Positions 1 through 13,288 of a stretch of DNA of 64,000 bases are shown piece after piece. A program made the position numbers and the translations under genes. The notes under the pieces were generated by a model, which had not been told where the DNA came from, made no database searches, and saw only the letters and a program-made list of their open reading frames with translations. This DNA comes from Marsupella aquatica (Eukaryota; Plantae; Marchantiophyta), in the NCBI GenBank assembly GCA_973895155.1, contig OZ316894.1:19196805-19260804 (forward strand), in the 5' to 3' direction. Numbering within the stretch: the first letter of the stretch is position 1; each line of letters opens with the position of its first letter.

Positions 1-3000
1 ATGAGACTGGCGATGAGCTTGCGGTATGCATAGGAACAATTGCCTGAGTGGTAGTATGTCCTTTGGCCCATCCTCCCACTCGATGAGCTGTCCTCCCCCA
101 TGTAGAACGTCCTTCATGGTAAGCAAGCCAACTTTCCTGATCTTCCTTTGTGTATTGCTTCAGCCCTGGCTTTGGCACTTAGCAAGGTTAGCCTAGACGT
201 GATTTAGATTCGGTTTCCACAATGGAAGGTCTCTCCATCCCCAACATGCCCTAGGGGAGTAGGTCACAGACTTGTTTTCAGCACATTCCAGCTAGTGCAA
301 AAATTGGTCCACACCTGAGTGGGATCTGTTCTGCGGGAGCGTGTGGCATTGCGAAAAAATCCAGGAAAAGTCCTTGTCTCCCCATTTCTACAAGGATAGT
401 TATTTGATTTCGTGTTGAAGAGTTTGACATAGGGGGTGTTCCCCTTCAGCCAACATGCCCAAACTTTGAGGTTCCCAGCCAGTGCCCAATATTGTGCTGC
501 CAAAGAAATAAGCCCAAAGCTAGCCCTTGAACTTTTTTGGTTTGGTGATTGTCTTACATCAGCTTTCTCCTTAGTGATTAGACTTTGCTCTTGAATCTCC
601 GAGTCAGTGGCCCACTTGCTTTCTCCAACTCTTCCTGCTCCACTCATTTCTTTTTGTTTCCGTCTATTCTCCTCATCATGCGTTGTCTCTCTGGTTTCTC
701 TACTTTGAGGAGCCATAATGCTCAATTTGTGCCCTTCACCTGAAGCCCTTGAAGAAATCAACCCAGCCTAAAAATCAGACATGCCACAGCGGAAACCTAT
801 GGGTTTGCCATCGCCAGCGTGCCCAAGCACCTCCTAGCCCTCCTGAAACATCTCCGGCCAATAATAGTGTTCTTGCCACAATTCTTCAGCTTTCAAATTA
901 TTAGTAAGATACCATTGCACTTGTGCAGCCAATAACTGGTTGGACTTTTAAGAATTATTTATGGAATAGGTTACTATCCAGTATAATCTCGTAGTCCCAT
1001 GAGTACTGGTTATACTGCTAGCTGTACTTGTTCAGCCAATAACAATATACAGCCTACCATGGAAAAATGCAGGGTGTATAAGTGTATTCCATTGGTAAAT
1101 GCAGGTGGGCTGTGTAGTCCCCTAATATTAGGACATTTTCTTTGTGAATGCACCATTAGTAACTGCAGGTCAACATGACTAAATGACAAATACATACGGG
1201 CATTTTCATCTATAAAGGTGCACATTAAATACTCAAACACATATGCTAGAACTATTGATAAGTGCAGTGGACAACTACACATGGTAGTTTCATGAACTTA
1301 TCCAGTTGAATTGTGAAGTATGAGCATCCCGGGTATGAAGAGCCCATGTGTATGACCTGGCAAGACACTTGGGACAATGCATAAGTGATTTCATATGCAC
1401 ATATCTGAAATTGCAACATGCACAAATCAAGAAGTGAATAAATGACACCCATACACTTATGTCATAGTGCATAGTGAGTGTGGAGGTTTGGGGTGTAGTC
1501 TTGTGAGAGTGCGTGTTAAATTTACATCAAGTTAATGCACTGAGCACACCATAACATAAACCAATGCACTATGTTTATGATACACAAACCAAGTCATTTG
1601 AATGTCAAGTTAATGCGACCCTTACACCAAAACATAAACCAATACCATTCACCAATGCACTGTAATAATGATACACAAACCCCGTGATTTAAATTCCGTG
1701 ATTTAAATTCCATGTGTCTTGATTTATGTTATGGGTGATTTGAAATACATGTGTCTTGGTTTATGGTCTCAATATATGTATTTAAGGGGCTCTCTAGGGG
1801 GCCTCTTAGGCGCCATAGACTGACTGTGTACAGTTAAGAATTATTTATGAATAAATAATTACTTTCATTCTGTACCGGATCGTGTGCCCACTCAATAAGT
1901 GACCGCGTGCATTCTTTAGCTATGAGCGTCGAGCAAGGATTCCCTAGGAAAGCTGCAGGAAAGGAGGAACAGGAAAGGAGGAAGGAATCAATCAAATCAG
2001 ACGTGATTCGAGATTGTACCATCGACGCGTCTCTCGTCGCTCACAGCGCTGTCATCATTCCTGATTTCACAACTCTTGTTTCCGTCAATTTTTCTCTCTG
2101 CTGTAGTGGTGGGCTCAAAGCTCTTGGAACGGATTGACGAGCCCTGCGAACTAGCAATGTCTGTCCTTGTCTCCAATTTCCACACAATGTTGCTGTAATG
2201 TGGGTACTTGAGAGAAGTGGTGGGTGCAGGAAGGATGGTAACAGACTGTACTGGAGCAATTGCATCTCTAGAGAGTGTGAGCTGAACGATCGAAGGTCCC
2301 GCTAGCTCGCAAGAGCTTGGCATGCATAATACATCGTTTCAGATTCAGTTGTTCTACCAAATATGGGTGATTTGAGAATTGGCTGTGTGGTGTGTGTGTG
2401 TGAAGATCATTCTGTTTCGATTGAGAATTTGACAATAACTGGCGCTGGAGCTGTTGTCCCTTCGTTACGTGCAGACTAGAGGAGTGCTGGAATTCATGAG
2501 CCTCATAAGGTTTGGGACTTTTCACTTTCTCACTAACGCCGAATGAAAGCTCGATGGGCAAGTGATTTTAGGTTACAAAATCGCTGCATTTGTTTCTTCG
2601 GTTCGGAAAAGGCTTAGTTGGTTTGTGAGTAGCACGAAGGTTGATCAACGCGGGGAGGACAGCTCCAGCTACTGATAATTTGGTTACCAAGTCGGATTTG
2701 TGGTGGCGAGTGTAGGAGACTGCGATTGAGGATAGAGACTCAACTCAGCCTTGAGCTCTGGACTTGAGAAATGTTCTTTCTGGCAATGAAAGAAACTGGT
2801 CGAATAGTTCTGGAAATCTTGCGCCTGAGCTTCATGGACAAGGGGGATCGATGTAAGTTTCAGAAGAAGAAGAAAAAGAAGTTTGCGAGTGAGTGACAAT
2901 GCCGGAGCACTTTTAAATTGGAGAGAAGCTCGCAGCTCCCGCCGGATTAATCCTCTCAATTCTGCCGGGCATTCCTGGATACCCTCAAGCTAGGATTTTC

Positions 3001-6000
3001 TTCTGGGCAGACCGTTTCCGTCTCACTTGGATGGCAAGTTGGTAACATTGCGGCTCCAGAGGATATATTAATATTGGTTCGAGTCTTGTGGGGCAGACTG
3101 TTTAGCCAATGTCCTTCGCGTATTCGTATGGGCATTGAGAAACGATAAATTGTTCCGTTTGTCTAAACGTTGACAAATTGTTGACCAATTATTGACAGAT
3201 TTGACCTCGAATCCCTACGAAGGAGTAAAGTAAAGTGATGCCGGTCTGTTTGCTTAGGTGCCAGCTGGACCGGTGATGAGTGTGCGAAGTTTTATGGAGA
3301 TTTCCCACGGATATCTATGGGGAGCAGTGGACCACTCCGGGGGTTAGTTGGATGGTGCAAGTTGGCGAAAAGAACGGGTGGGACCATGTCACGGTTTTTT
3401 TTCTGCGAAGAAAAGGGAAAAGCAGATTTTTTCACTGTTCACTCAACCACGTGATGGAGGTACTCGTCGCTGTTGACGGGTTATCATACATATCCTTGGG
3501 CATCGAGCTGTGGTCGAACATCACTTTGTATCTGTGTGTTCTGCATTCCAATTTCATGCGACCTCTGGACTCTGCAGCGTTGGAAAGACGGCCCCACCTA
3601 CCGAAGAATCAGGTGGGATGAAACAAAGCGCCATGCAGGAAAACTACAGAATAATCATTACAACTTTAGGGATTGGCAAGCAGGGCGTTGGTTCCGGTAA
3701 GTTATCCAATCACATCAAGGAGGTTGATGAATGCGTCCTTTCGATTGGACGAGTATCAGGCCTTACCCACCAGGTGCCAGTTGGTGCTACGGTAGCTCTT
3801 CTCTAGCCTGACTTTAAATGGACCCAAAAGGGCCGCGTCATCTCCTCTTATTGGAGTACTCTTGGACTTCATCACTTGACTCGCTTGTTGTCCCGGATGT
3901 TATCTTCTTCATCGAAACCTAATGGCATGCATTGTGGGTCTGTGTACCAGACCCAAACTTCCCTTATCTCCTGCAGGATGTGGAAATAGTTATGGACGGT
4001 TCCCAACTTCACACAAATGGCAAAAAGTCTCTCGCGAGGGACATGCAGGTCTCATGCGCAGCAGTGCTCGACAGGACTGCGGACTTGCCGAGAGGACACA
4101 CTGGTCTAGGCAAGTGACCTGGGCTTGTACTTCCAGTTTTATGCCTCGAATATTGAAACCCGTGAGGTTCGGAAGGGTAGTATATAGGTCCGGCGAAAGG
4201 GCGGCATAGCCCGCTGTAGCTGGCCACAGTTGGCGGTCAGAAACATTTTAAAATTCTGGGGAAGTTTCCACTTCCCTGCGCGAACAGTGTGTTCGTGTCA
4301 AACGAATATCGCAACGGTCAACCAAATTTGCCTGACCCATCCATCCATCCGCAAGCTTCTTCTCAACGCGTTTTCAAGCCGAGTGAAACCGTCTTTCTAA
4401 TAAAGGTGATGCTCAGGATTCATTGACTCACGTTGACGTAGAAATCTCTGCACCGTTACCACACTGGTTGTATTTCGAATAAACTCATGCGAAAGTACTT
4501 GCCCGATTATTCGTCGGCTCTGTTGTCTCATTCTCTCCATTCTCCTCGTTTGAACGAGAGTGAGCTTTTCGTGATAGATCACGAAAGCAAAAGAAAGTTA
4601 GCTGATCTCATCGTCTATCTCATTTCATTGGTAGATCAATTCTCGTCCTTGTTAAAAGCAGAGTTTGCTGTCGTGATCAATCACGAAAGCAATGGAGAAC
4701 TGTTGAGCTCATTGTTTATCTCTTCTCATTGGTAGATGAGTGTTCAGATACTCGTTGTGTCTTGAAGTTAAGATGCTATTCGTGTAATTTCGGGCTTGAA
4801 TCTTTTGCGATTGAAAAAAAAGGAACAGAAAGTAGGTAAAACTTCTTTGTAGAGTCCTTGGGCACTAGTCATTTAGAATATGAAGTTAGATGTCAAACAT
4901 ATAGTATCCAGTCAAGGGAAAGAGCACAGCATGCTCTGGAATGGAGGTCATAATTATCTAGCACGCCGGGTGGCATGGCACCTGTGCAAAGCATATATTG
5001 ACTTCAAGTGTTACCCCGCACGACCCTGGTCTTCCTAAAGTCGAGTTGTGTTCTCTCGAACGAATCTTTTTCTGTCCATGAAAGGATTATTGGGGGCATG
5101 ATATTCCTCCATTTGGCAAAGACGTCCTGCGTGATGCCGGGAAGGAACAAAAATAGGGGAAAAACAGGGGAAATATGACCATCACTCGTTGTTAGTGGGA
5201 GGATTCGGTGCATGTGATCGCTCCAACAGTCCAACGTCAAAAACTGGCGTCCTGTACACCACTGTAGCAAAGCCAAAAGGAACACGAACGGATCCTCCCT
5301 TTTAGCACCTAAAAGTGTGGAGAAGCCAATCTACTTGAACCTTCATGTGCCTTAATATGAACATAACTTTTCGTAGTACTTAACTGTCACTTGTTTAAAA
5401 ATGTTTCTTTTCTACTGAAAGCAGGGTTCTTCATACTATACTCTAATCCGACGATTCTTAGTCTGAAATCATTGGACCATATGATGAGCTAAGCTCGTTG
5501 ATCTGTCTGTTCCTTGTTCTGGAGGTTACTTTGGTAGGCTTGTGCATTTCATTTTTGGTCACTGTACCTGTAAGTCTCGTTTGGCTATCTTCTCTGATTT
5601 AGTCACGGGGTGTTAGAATTTTGGAAAGTTGTCTGCCACAAGTCACCTGATTAGCGAAATAAGCCAGGAAGGAGAGAATCTTGATGCCGAGACAAAGTTT
5701 TTCTTCCGATACGAACAATCACAGGCGGTTTGGATGTAGCCGGTATTATTTGATATCAAACTGTTCAACGTTTGATTGTAAATCAAGAATTCTGCTGGCT
5801 ATTTTGTGTTAGTTTTGTGTGACAATTGTTTCCTTCAATGACAAATCGTTGCCTCCTCCATCACGTTGCGAACCAGAAGGTGAATATGCCGGCGTATTAG
5901 CACGAAATACAAGCCACGTGGATTTTCTGTCCAGTTTATTAGGTCCAGTGCCAGAACAATCCTTGTCTCCAGAGTGGAACTCCTCGAAATTCTCTACTCC

Positions 6001-9000
6001 AGTTATCAAAATGTGCACTTAGGAACACAGTACAAGTTTCTTTCCTGTGACGACTGCTGTTACTTTGGACAGAAGCTAATAATCTGAGATTGCTCACTGA
6101 CCGAGGGGAATTATATGTGCATTGTTCTGGAGTGCAATCGAAGCCATCAATATCCCACATTGTAGATGTATGCTCTGCAAGCTCTACTTGCAATTAACAT
6201 CTCCAATTTTGTAAGTGCGTTTAGATGCGGATAGGTGTGGATTGCAAACTAAACATCTTTCATCAGTGGACCTCCTCAACATCACTCTGGACCAATTTCT
6301 TGCGATTATTCTGGCTGTCGGCACAAATCATTCTCTCGATCACTCAGCGCACTTGAGCATTTCCTATACGAGTGTGGAGTGCAAACCAAGCCATCAGCAT
6401 GCTGCTCGATGATTATCTTTACTTTCAGGACCAGTGATTGTGTTGAATAGGAGATTCCTGTTGTACACCTCTTCGGATTTCTCTCTGGATGAACCACGTG
6501 CTGTAGAGTGCGGAATGCTTTATGCTGTGCAGTGTTTTTTGTGTGTGTTTTAAAAAGGACCTCAGGCAAAAAATCACGTCGCGAAATAACTGTGCAATTG
6601 CATGGCTGAAACCTTTGGAGTACAAACTAAGCTGTGAACATGCTCTTTTATGGAGTTTTGTGCTCAGTTCAGCTAGCAGTGATACCAATGTCAATGTGAG
6701 ATGTCACCACATTTATCAGTCTTCCGTCGTCTGGAACTCTTTTTCGCCTCGAATTTTTCTTTCTTTATTAAACAAGCAAATTATTCAGAATGTATGAAGT
6801 GGCAGCGAAAACGGAAAGGAAGCTCCGACACCCAGCCACGATCAGGGGAGGGGGGTGACGAAAAAGAAGGAACAGACCAAAACGTCAGAAAGAAGAACCC
6901 TTAAATCAGGGCTTTTGGTGGAGCTTAATATGGAACTACCCACGTAAACAGCGGATACAATTTCTTCCGAGAAAGCGCAGAGTGTCAAGGCCAGCTTGGA
7001 CTTGTTCTTGAGTTAAAAGTCATTCTAATCCTTCCTCACTCACAACTGACATCTATACAACTGTAGGAAAGGACAGCAGCTGACAGACTGACCCCAAAAT
7101 CCTCAATGGGATAAGGCAGAACTCCCCAACAAAATTTCTCTGTCCCTTGTCCAGTTTTAACATTAGTGAGCTTTTTGGCACTTATCAGCCCAGAAACTTA
7201 TACCATATTATAGCCAAAATTCTAACGGAATCCCCTGATTTCCGAATGAGCCAGCAAGTAGCTGACCATATAATACTGCGACTCTCTTCCCCCCATTGAA
7301 TGCTGATACTTCAAAATGAGCCAACTCACCTCCGCCGACCGAAAGACAGCTGTTTCTCTTACTCTCAGAAATGAGAAAGAAAGGACAAACAACATCACAA
7401 TGGATTCGAGCAATACTCTTCTACCATCTGAATTGCTCTAGTTTTGAGGATGGACGTCGTTGTGCCTACGAAAAATTACAAAACAACCCCTGTGTCAGCA
7501 CTTTCCCTCGATTGCTACATTTTCTGAACATGGGTCGGGAAAGAATTTGTTGAAGTTCAATGTCCTACGTAGTGGAGATTTTAGTTTGCACGAGGTGACA
7601 ATCTCTTCTTCATGCTGTAGAATGCTACTTAAAAAAAATATAAGATCGAGGCGATGTTGACATAAAGGTATGCTGGGGAGTGTGTTGTGTCATTTTGAGG
7701 TCTTGAGGCAATTGCTAGTGGTGGATGGAACAAAGTCCAGAGTTCTCACAGAGATTGAGATAAGGCCAAAATGTCATGTTCGAGCACCGACAACTGATGC
7801 TCCAGAATACCGCCCGGGCAAGCTAACTGAAAAGTCTGCAAAAAGTCAGGAGGCCCACTACGGGTCACAAGTGGAGTCAAAAATGTAAAGGGTGTTCTCC
7901 GTCCGAGTCAATTGCAATATTATGAGAAAGCCCATCCCAGCTTTCTGGACAACGCCTACTACAGGTCACATCCGAGTCTATTTCCACATGATGAGATAAT
8001 GACAAAAAGTTTTATTCACGAGGTACATGAATCATTCATGACAAATAATTTAAAAAAAAACTCTCTTCGCCAGTAAACTGTCTTCAGTCATGAAGACTTT
8101 GTTCAATACACCCCTCGCAATGCCTCAAAAACTCAAACTGCCACAGCTCTTCGCCGTTCCCTTTCTCGTAGTTTTTAGTTGGCGGTGTAAATGAAAGTTG
8201 CTGATATGCCTTTTCGTGATGACTTTGCGCAGCACACGGGGATGGGCAGGGACAATGTCTTCTTCCATCCTGGTTTCGGATTCCAGATTAATTGTACAAT
8301 CCACTCTTGGTTTTTTTCATTCGAGCTACTAGTATATATCACAATGCCCAAGGGCAGAAAATGCCCAACCTGGAAACATGATCCCAAAGGCAAAGCAATC
8401 CAACGAAAGGGAGGAAAAGAGGAGGAAAGAACCCCAAGAAAAACAAACCAAGGGGTCCAAACCAAAAGCCAACCAAGGAACGAGGACCAAAAAGTAACCT
8501 ACCAAGGACCTACTAGTCCTTTCCAATCCACTCTTGCTTATGGGTTCCCATCCCTGTGGAGTGAGGATCGGCCAAATTTACACAAATTTTATCGTTTTGT
8601 GTTCAGTTTCGAAATTCCTGTGAGACAGATCGATTCTAATTTCTAAAAGGTGGAGCTAGTCCAATAATAGTAATCGGCAGATCGCAATCTCGCAATAAAA
8701 TGGTTTGTCTACATCAGCTTTACGAGAATCATCTGCCGTAGAGTTACAGCAAATCCTTCCTACATGCAAATGATCCGTATGACTTAAATTAAAGCAGTTT
8801 CGACCACGCATAATAGACAATTGGGTAATCCTAATGTCTAATATGAAGAGAGGTTGTACCGTTGTAGTCTCCAAGTCAACTTTGCACTCCTCAGAATGAT
8901 GAGGCGGCGACAAACCTTGCATAGAATTACGTTTCTTCAAGGGCTTTCGGCAGAGATTGCCATATGGCGTTCGCAGCGCATTTCCGTGATTTGGAACCAC

Positions 9001-9404
9001 TAGTGAGGAAATTCCCGTTAGCGAGGAAATTTCGCAGGACTTGCTTAGCTCCCCTCTACTGACGTTACAGTGAAGTTAAGTGTAGGGTAAATAACCTATC
9101 CCAAAGAAGGGGTAGGCGCAAATTTTGATCCTGCTATAATTATGGTGAAACATTGTTTCATGTTTTTTTTGGGCATTAATATAATTTTTAATGTAGCTAA
9201 CAGTATCAAATGGAAGTGTTCTCTGAATTATTTTAGGCTCCTATTTTTAAGAAAACCAACGCTGCCAATTTTAAAACTACCCCTTTAAGGAAAAAGGAGT
9301 GCTCCATGGCACCCCTTTAAATCATTGGGGATATCACCCTCTTTCCAGTGCTACAGGTTTTTTTTCTCTTGGGAAATGAATGTAACCCACCAGAGTGTCT
9401 TCTC

Positions 9405-9825
9405 TGTTGAGCATAGACGACGATCGCAACGGCAAGCCCATGAACCATCCAACGCACAATAGTCGACACAAGAGATACGTGGTTCACCTCCTTGAGGCTA
9501 CGTCCACGGGAACACACAAGAGAGCTTTACTGAACTCTAAGCCCGTCAGCTATACCGAGTCTCCACAGTGTAAGCTCTCCCTATCTCTCAAGTGGCTCCA
9601 TAACAATGAGCCTTGGTTCTACCTCTCCAAGCACACATGCTTCTTATGATATAGTGTACAACTTAGTTGTACCTAACCACATAGTTGTACCTAATCACGT
9701 AGTTGTACCTAACCACATAGTTATACCTAATCACGTAGTTGTACCTAACCACGTAGTTGTACCAACCCACGTTGTTGTACCAACCACGTCATACCTAACC
9801 TAGACGTAAGAGTAAATACCCAACA
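9405..9825 (-). repeat. 3' LTR of copia copy 1, containing about 7 tandem 18-bp units (GTAGTTGTACCTAACCAC-like)
   Basis: Direct repeat of 15668-16088; adjacent PPT (AAGGGGAAGAT on minus strand, 9826-9836). Confidence 0.97.
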
Positions 9826-10015
9826 ATCTTCCCCTTGACTCTGGTCTAGGGGAGAGTAATACTGCCAATGTATATGATCCCTCAGCGGGAAGTTCTGGAC
9901 AAAAACCAAACTGATTTCCCTCTCTAACTAGAGCAAACCAGAACTAAGCCGTAGCCTAATACATAGGAATGAGGAAGAGCATATATCAGTAATTACAATG
10001 AATATTAAGAAAACT

Positions 10016-13000
10016 CTACTTGTGATGCAATTGCAAAACCTGCAATACGTCACGGTGTCTAGAGAAACTCTCCAAAGGAATCACTTTGGTAAATGCGTCA
10101 GCCGGGTTGAGTTTACCATCAATCTTGACTAGCTCAAACAAATTATCAGACACAGCCTGCCTGATAAAATGGTACCTGACATCAATGTGCTTCACTCTGT
10201 TGTCCATCACCTGGTTCATAGCAAGGTGGAGCGCACTTTGACTATCACAATGGAGCTTCACATTCCCCTGTGGCAATCCCATTTCAGTGATAAGTCTATC
10301 CAACCAAATCGCTTCCTTTGCTGCTTCCGCAGCTGCAACATACTCCGCTTCTGTAGTAGACTGAGCAATACACTTCTGCAAAGTAGACCTCCAACTTATG
10401 CATCCACCGCCAAGTGTGAACACGTATCCTGTTGTTGATCTCCTTCGGTCCAAATCTTGTCCATAGTCAGAATCAACATAGCCAATCAATGATTTAGCAT
10501 TCTTTGCATTCGCATCAAATAAAAGACCATGATCCACGGTACCCTTCAAGTACCTGATAATCCACTTCACTGCTTCCCAGTGTACCTTCCCTGGATTTGA
10601 CATGTACCTGCTTACCTTGCCCATAGCCATGGCAAGATCAGGTCTAGTGCAAGTCATCAAATACATGAGACTCCCCACTGCCTTGTCATACGGAACCTTT
10701 GACATCAACCCCTTCTCTATGTCATCCGTAGGACAGAATGCTGATGATAACTTGAAGTGTGGAGCCAACGGGGTACTTACTGGCTTGCTATTCCCCATGT
10801 TGAACCTTGCAATTACCTTCCTCGCATAACTGCTCTGCGTCAACCATAGCTTGCCAGCCTCCAAGTCCCTAGTGATCTCCATACCCAAAATCCTCTTAGC
10901 TGGCCCTAAGTCCTTCATCTTAAACTCTGCACTAAGCAGTGCCTTGAGCTTAACAATCTCAGACCTATCCTTGGCTGCAATTAGCATATCATCCACATAA
11001 AGTACTAAAACAATGAACCCAAATACAATATTCTTTACTGATTTCAAATACACACAAGGGTCAAATACACTTCTGTGAAAACCTTGTGACCGAATCCAAT
11101 CGTCAAACCGCTTGTTCCACTGTCTTGGTGACTGCTTCAACCCATACAAGGATTTCAGCAATCTGCAAACCAATTCCTCCTGTCCTCTCTTCATAAAACC
11201 TAGCGGTTGTCTCATGAAGATCACCTCTTCCAATGTGCCATAGAGGAAAGCTGTGACAACATCCATCTGATCTAGCAGCAGACCAAACATTACAACAAGT
11301 ACACACAATAGTTGTATTGTAGAGTACTTAGCAACTGGTGAGAAGACCTCATTGTAATCCACACCTTTCTCTTGTGTGAATCCCTTTGCTACCAACCTAG
11401 CCTTGTAGACCTTCGATCCACCTCCTATGGAATTATCCTTCAGCTTGTAAATCCACTTGCTGTCCACCACTTGCTGACCCTTAGGCAGCTTAACAAGCTC
11501 CCAAGTTTTGTTGTCCTTTAGTGACTGCATCTCCGTTTGCATTGCTGCAGTCCACTTCTGCTTCTCCTTTGAAGCACTTGCCTCATGAAATGAAGAAGGT
11601 TCCCCTTCTTCCAAAATTAACGCATCACCCTCATCATCAGTTGCAAAATCATTTTCTTGCAGTTGAGATGAATCAACCCACTGTCCATACCTTGGTGGAG
11701 CACGTACAGTGCGACCAGATGTTCTTCTAGCCGATGACTTCGGTTGATCTGCGTGTGCTGGTACAATTTGAAGCTCAACAGCATCCACTTGCTGCTCACC
11801 AGCATCAACAAACTCCTCTGGTTCCTCTGGCACAGGAACCAGCTCCATAATTGGAGCAACTCCTTCTCTCCGGTCATGCACCTCATAACCAATCTCCCCC
11901 TCAACGAGATCCGGGATAGGAGATTTTCCTTTGTCAGTACGGGAGACCTGAGTATTCTCCCCCTCCTTCAATAATCTGGATTCATTGAAGGAAACATCCC
12001 TACTGACAACGAGCTTACAGGCAATAGGATCCCATAGCCTATAGGCTTTCACACCACTCTGGTACCCAAGAAAAACACATTTCTTGGAGGTAGGATCCAA
12101 CTTGGTCCTATTCTGCTTCGGTGTGAGAGCATATGCATCACTTCCAAAAACTACCAAGCCATGATAGTCTGCTTGCCGCTTATAGCGCATCTCAAACGGC
12201 GTTTTGAAATTGATAGCACTAGAAGGAGAAAGATTTACCAAATAAGCTGCGGTATTGATAGCTTCCGCCCAAAATTCTTGTGGTAAACCTGATTGGCTCA
12301 ACATACTCCGTGACCGCTCCAACAGTGTCCGATTGAGCCTCTCAGCGACACCATTCTGCTGCGGAGTATAAACTATGGTGAGATGGCGAGTTATCCCCTG
12401 TTCTGAACAGTACTCTTCAAATTCCATTGAAGTGTACTCCCCGCCGTTGTCTGACCTTAGACTCTTCACCCTTGTATCCAAACACTTGATCGTGTTTCCA
12501 GTCTGATTCTCCACCTGGGCCTTCCACTTCTTAAAAATGGACAAGACATCAGACTTATGCGTCATGAAATAAATCCACACAAATCTTGAGTAATCATCAA
12601 TAAATGATACATAGTACAACTTTCCAGAGTGTGAGGGAGTCGGGGATGGACCCCACACGTCACTATGTATGTACTCAAGAACCGCTTTGGAACGATGAGT
12701 TCCAACACCAAAAGCACGACGATGCTGCTTTCCAAGAATGCAATGCTCACAAAACTCTAATTTACAAGATTGCAAATCAGAAATGAGTCCATTCTTCCGT
12801 AAGATAGCCAAACCCTTCTCACTCATGTGGCCTAGCCGTGAATGCCACAGTTGAGTCATCTCCTCGTGAGACTTGGTTACATTGGCCTCTCCACATACAG
12901 TATTGCCCTGTAACACATACAAATTCTTTTGTCTACTCCCCTTCAAAATCACTGTCTCTCCCGACCTGACTTGAAGTTCACCATCAATAACGCTCCATTG

Positions 13001-13288
13001 ATGACCATTTGAATCCAACACACCGAGTGAAATCAGATTCTTACGCATGCCAGGTACATACCTGACTCCGGACACTGTGCGCACAGCGCCATCAAACATT
13101 TGAATCTTCACAGACCCAATTCCCTCAATTTGACAGGAGTGATCATTTCCCATCAGAACTGAACCGTTTGAAATAGAGTAAGAACTGAAAAACTCACGAA
13201 TGTAACAAATATGAAAAGAGCAAGCACAATCAAGAATCCACACATCATCTGCTCTCCTAGATGACGTGCACAGGGCATACCCCCGGCT
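10016..13288 (-). CDS. pol: Copia Pol polyprotein (protease, GAG-pre-integrase, integrase, RT, RNase H), in frame with gag after a UGA
   Basis: 1075-aa ORF with WILDCACSFH, WHSRLGH...CEHC, HSDVWGP, LRSDNGGEY, LYVDDML, YVDSD and KHIDVRYHFIR motifs; open from the codon after the gag stop. Confidence 0.96.
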   Translation of the reverse strand, partial: SRGYALCTSSRRADDVWILDCACSFHICYIREFFSSYSISNGSVLMGNDHSCQIEGIGSVKIQMFDGAVRTVSGVRYVPGMRKNLISLGVLDSNGHQWSVIDGELQVRSGETVILKGSRQKNLYVLQGNTVCGEANVTKSHEEMTQLWHSRLGHMSEKGLAILRKNGLISDLQSCKLEFCEHCILGKQHRRAFGVGTHRSKAVLEYIHSDVWGPSPTPSHSGKLYYVSFIDDYSRFVWIYFMTHKSDVLSIFKKWKAQVENQTGNTIKCLDTRVKSLRSDNGGEYTSMEFEEYCSEQGITRHLTIVYTPQQNGVAERLNRTLLERSRSMLSQSGLPQEFWAEAINTAAYLVNLSPSSAINFKTPFEMRYKRQADYHGLVVFGSDAYALTPKQNRTKLDPTSKKCVFLGYQSGVKAYRLWDPIACKLVVSRDVSFNESRLLKEGENTQVSRTDKGKSPIPDLVEGEIGYEVHDRREGVAPIMELVPVPEEPEEFVDAGEQQVDAVELQIVPAHADQPKSSARRTSGRTVRAPPRYGQWVDSSQLQENDFATDDEGDALILEEGEPSSFHEASASKEKQKWTAAMQTEMQSLKDNKTWELVKLPKGQQVVDSKWIYKLKDNSIGGGSKVYKARLVAKGFTQEKGVDYNEVFSPVAKYSTIQLLCVLVVMFGLLLDQMDVVTAFLYGTLEEVIFMRQPLGFMKRGQEELVCRLLKSLYGLKQSPRQWNKRFDDWIRSQGFHRSVFDPCVYLKSVKNIVFGFIVLVLYVDDMLIAAKDRSEIVKLKALLSAEFKMKDLGPAKRILGMEITRDLEAGKLWLTQSSYARKVIARFNMGNSKPVSTPLAPHFKLSSAFCPTDDIEKGLMSKVPYDKAVGSLMYLMTCTRPDLAMAMGKVSRYMSNPGKVHWEAVKWIIRYLKGTVDHGLLFDANAKNAKSLIGYVDSDYGQDLDRRRSTTGYVFTLGGGCISWRSTLQKCIAQSTTEAEYVAAAEAAKEAIWLDRLITEMGLPQGNVKLHCDSQSALHLAMNQVMDNRVKHIDVRYHFIRQAVSDNLFELVKIDGKLNPADAFTKVIPLESFSRHRDVLQVLQLHHK

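Noticed and set aside
1830-3070. Possible minus-strand gene or small-peptide ORF (1997-2323) downstream of a TATA-like box
   Set aside because: No recognisable motif, signal peptide or miRNA hairpin; cannot be supported without expression data.
9606-9803. VVPNH-repeat ORFs (four copies)
   Set aside because: These are translations of the 18-bp LTR array, not genes.
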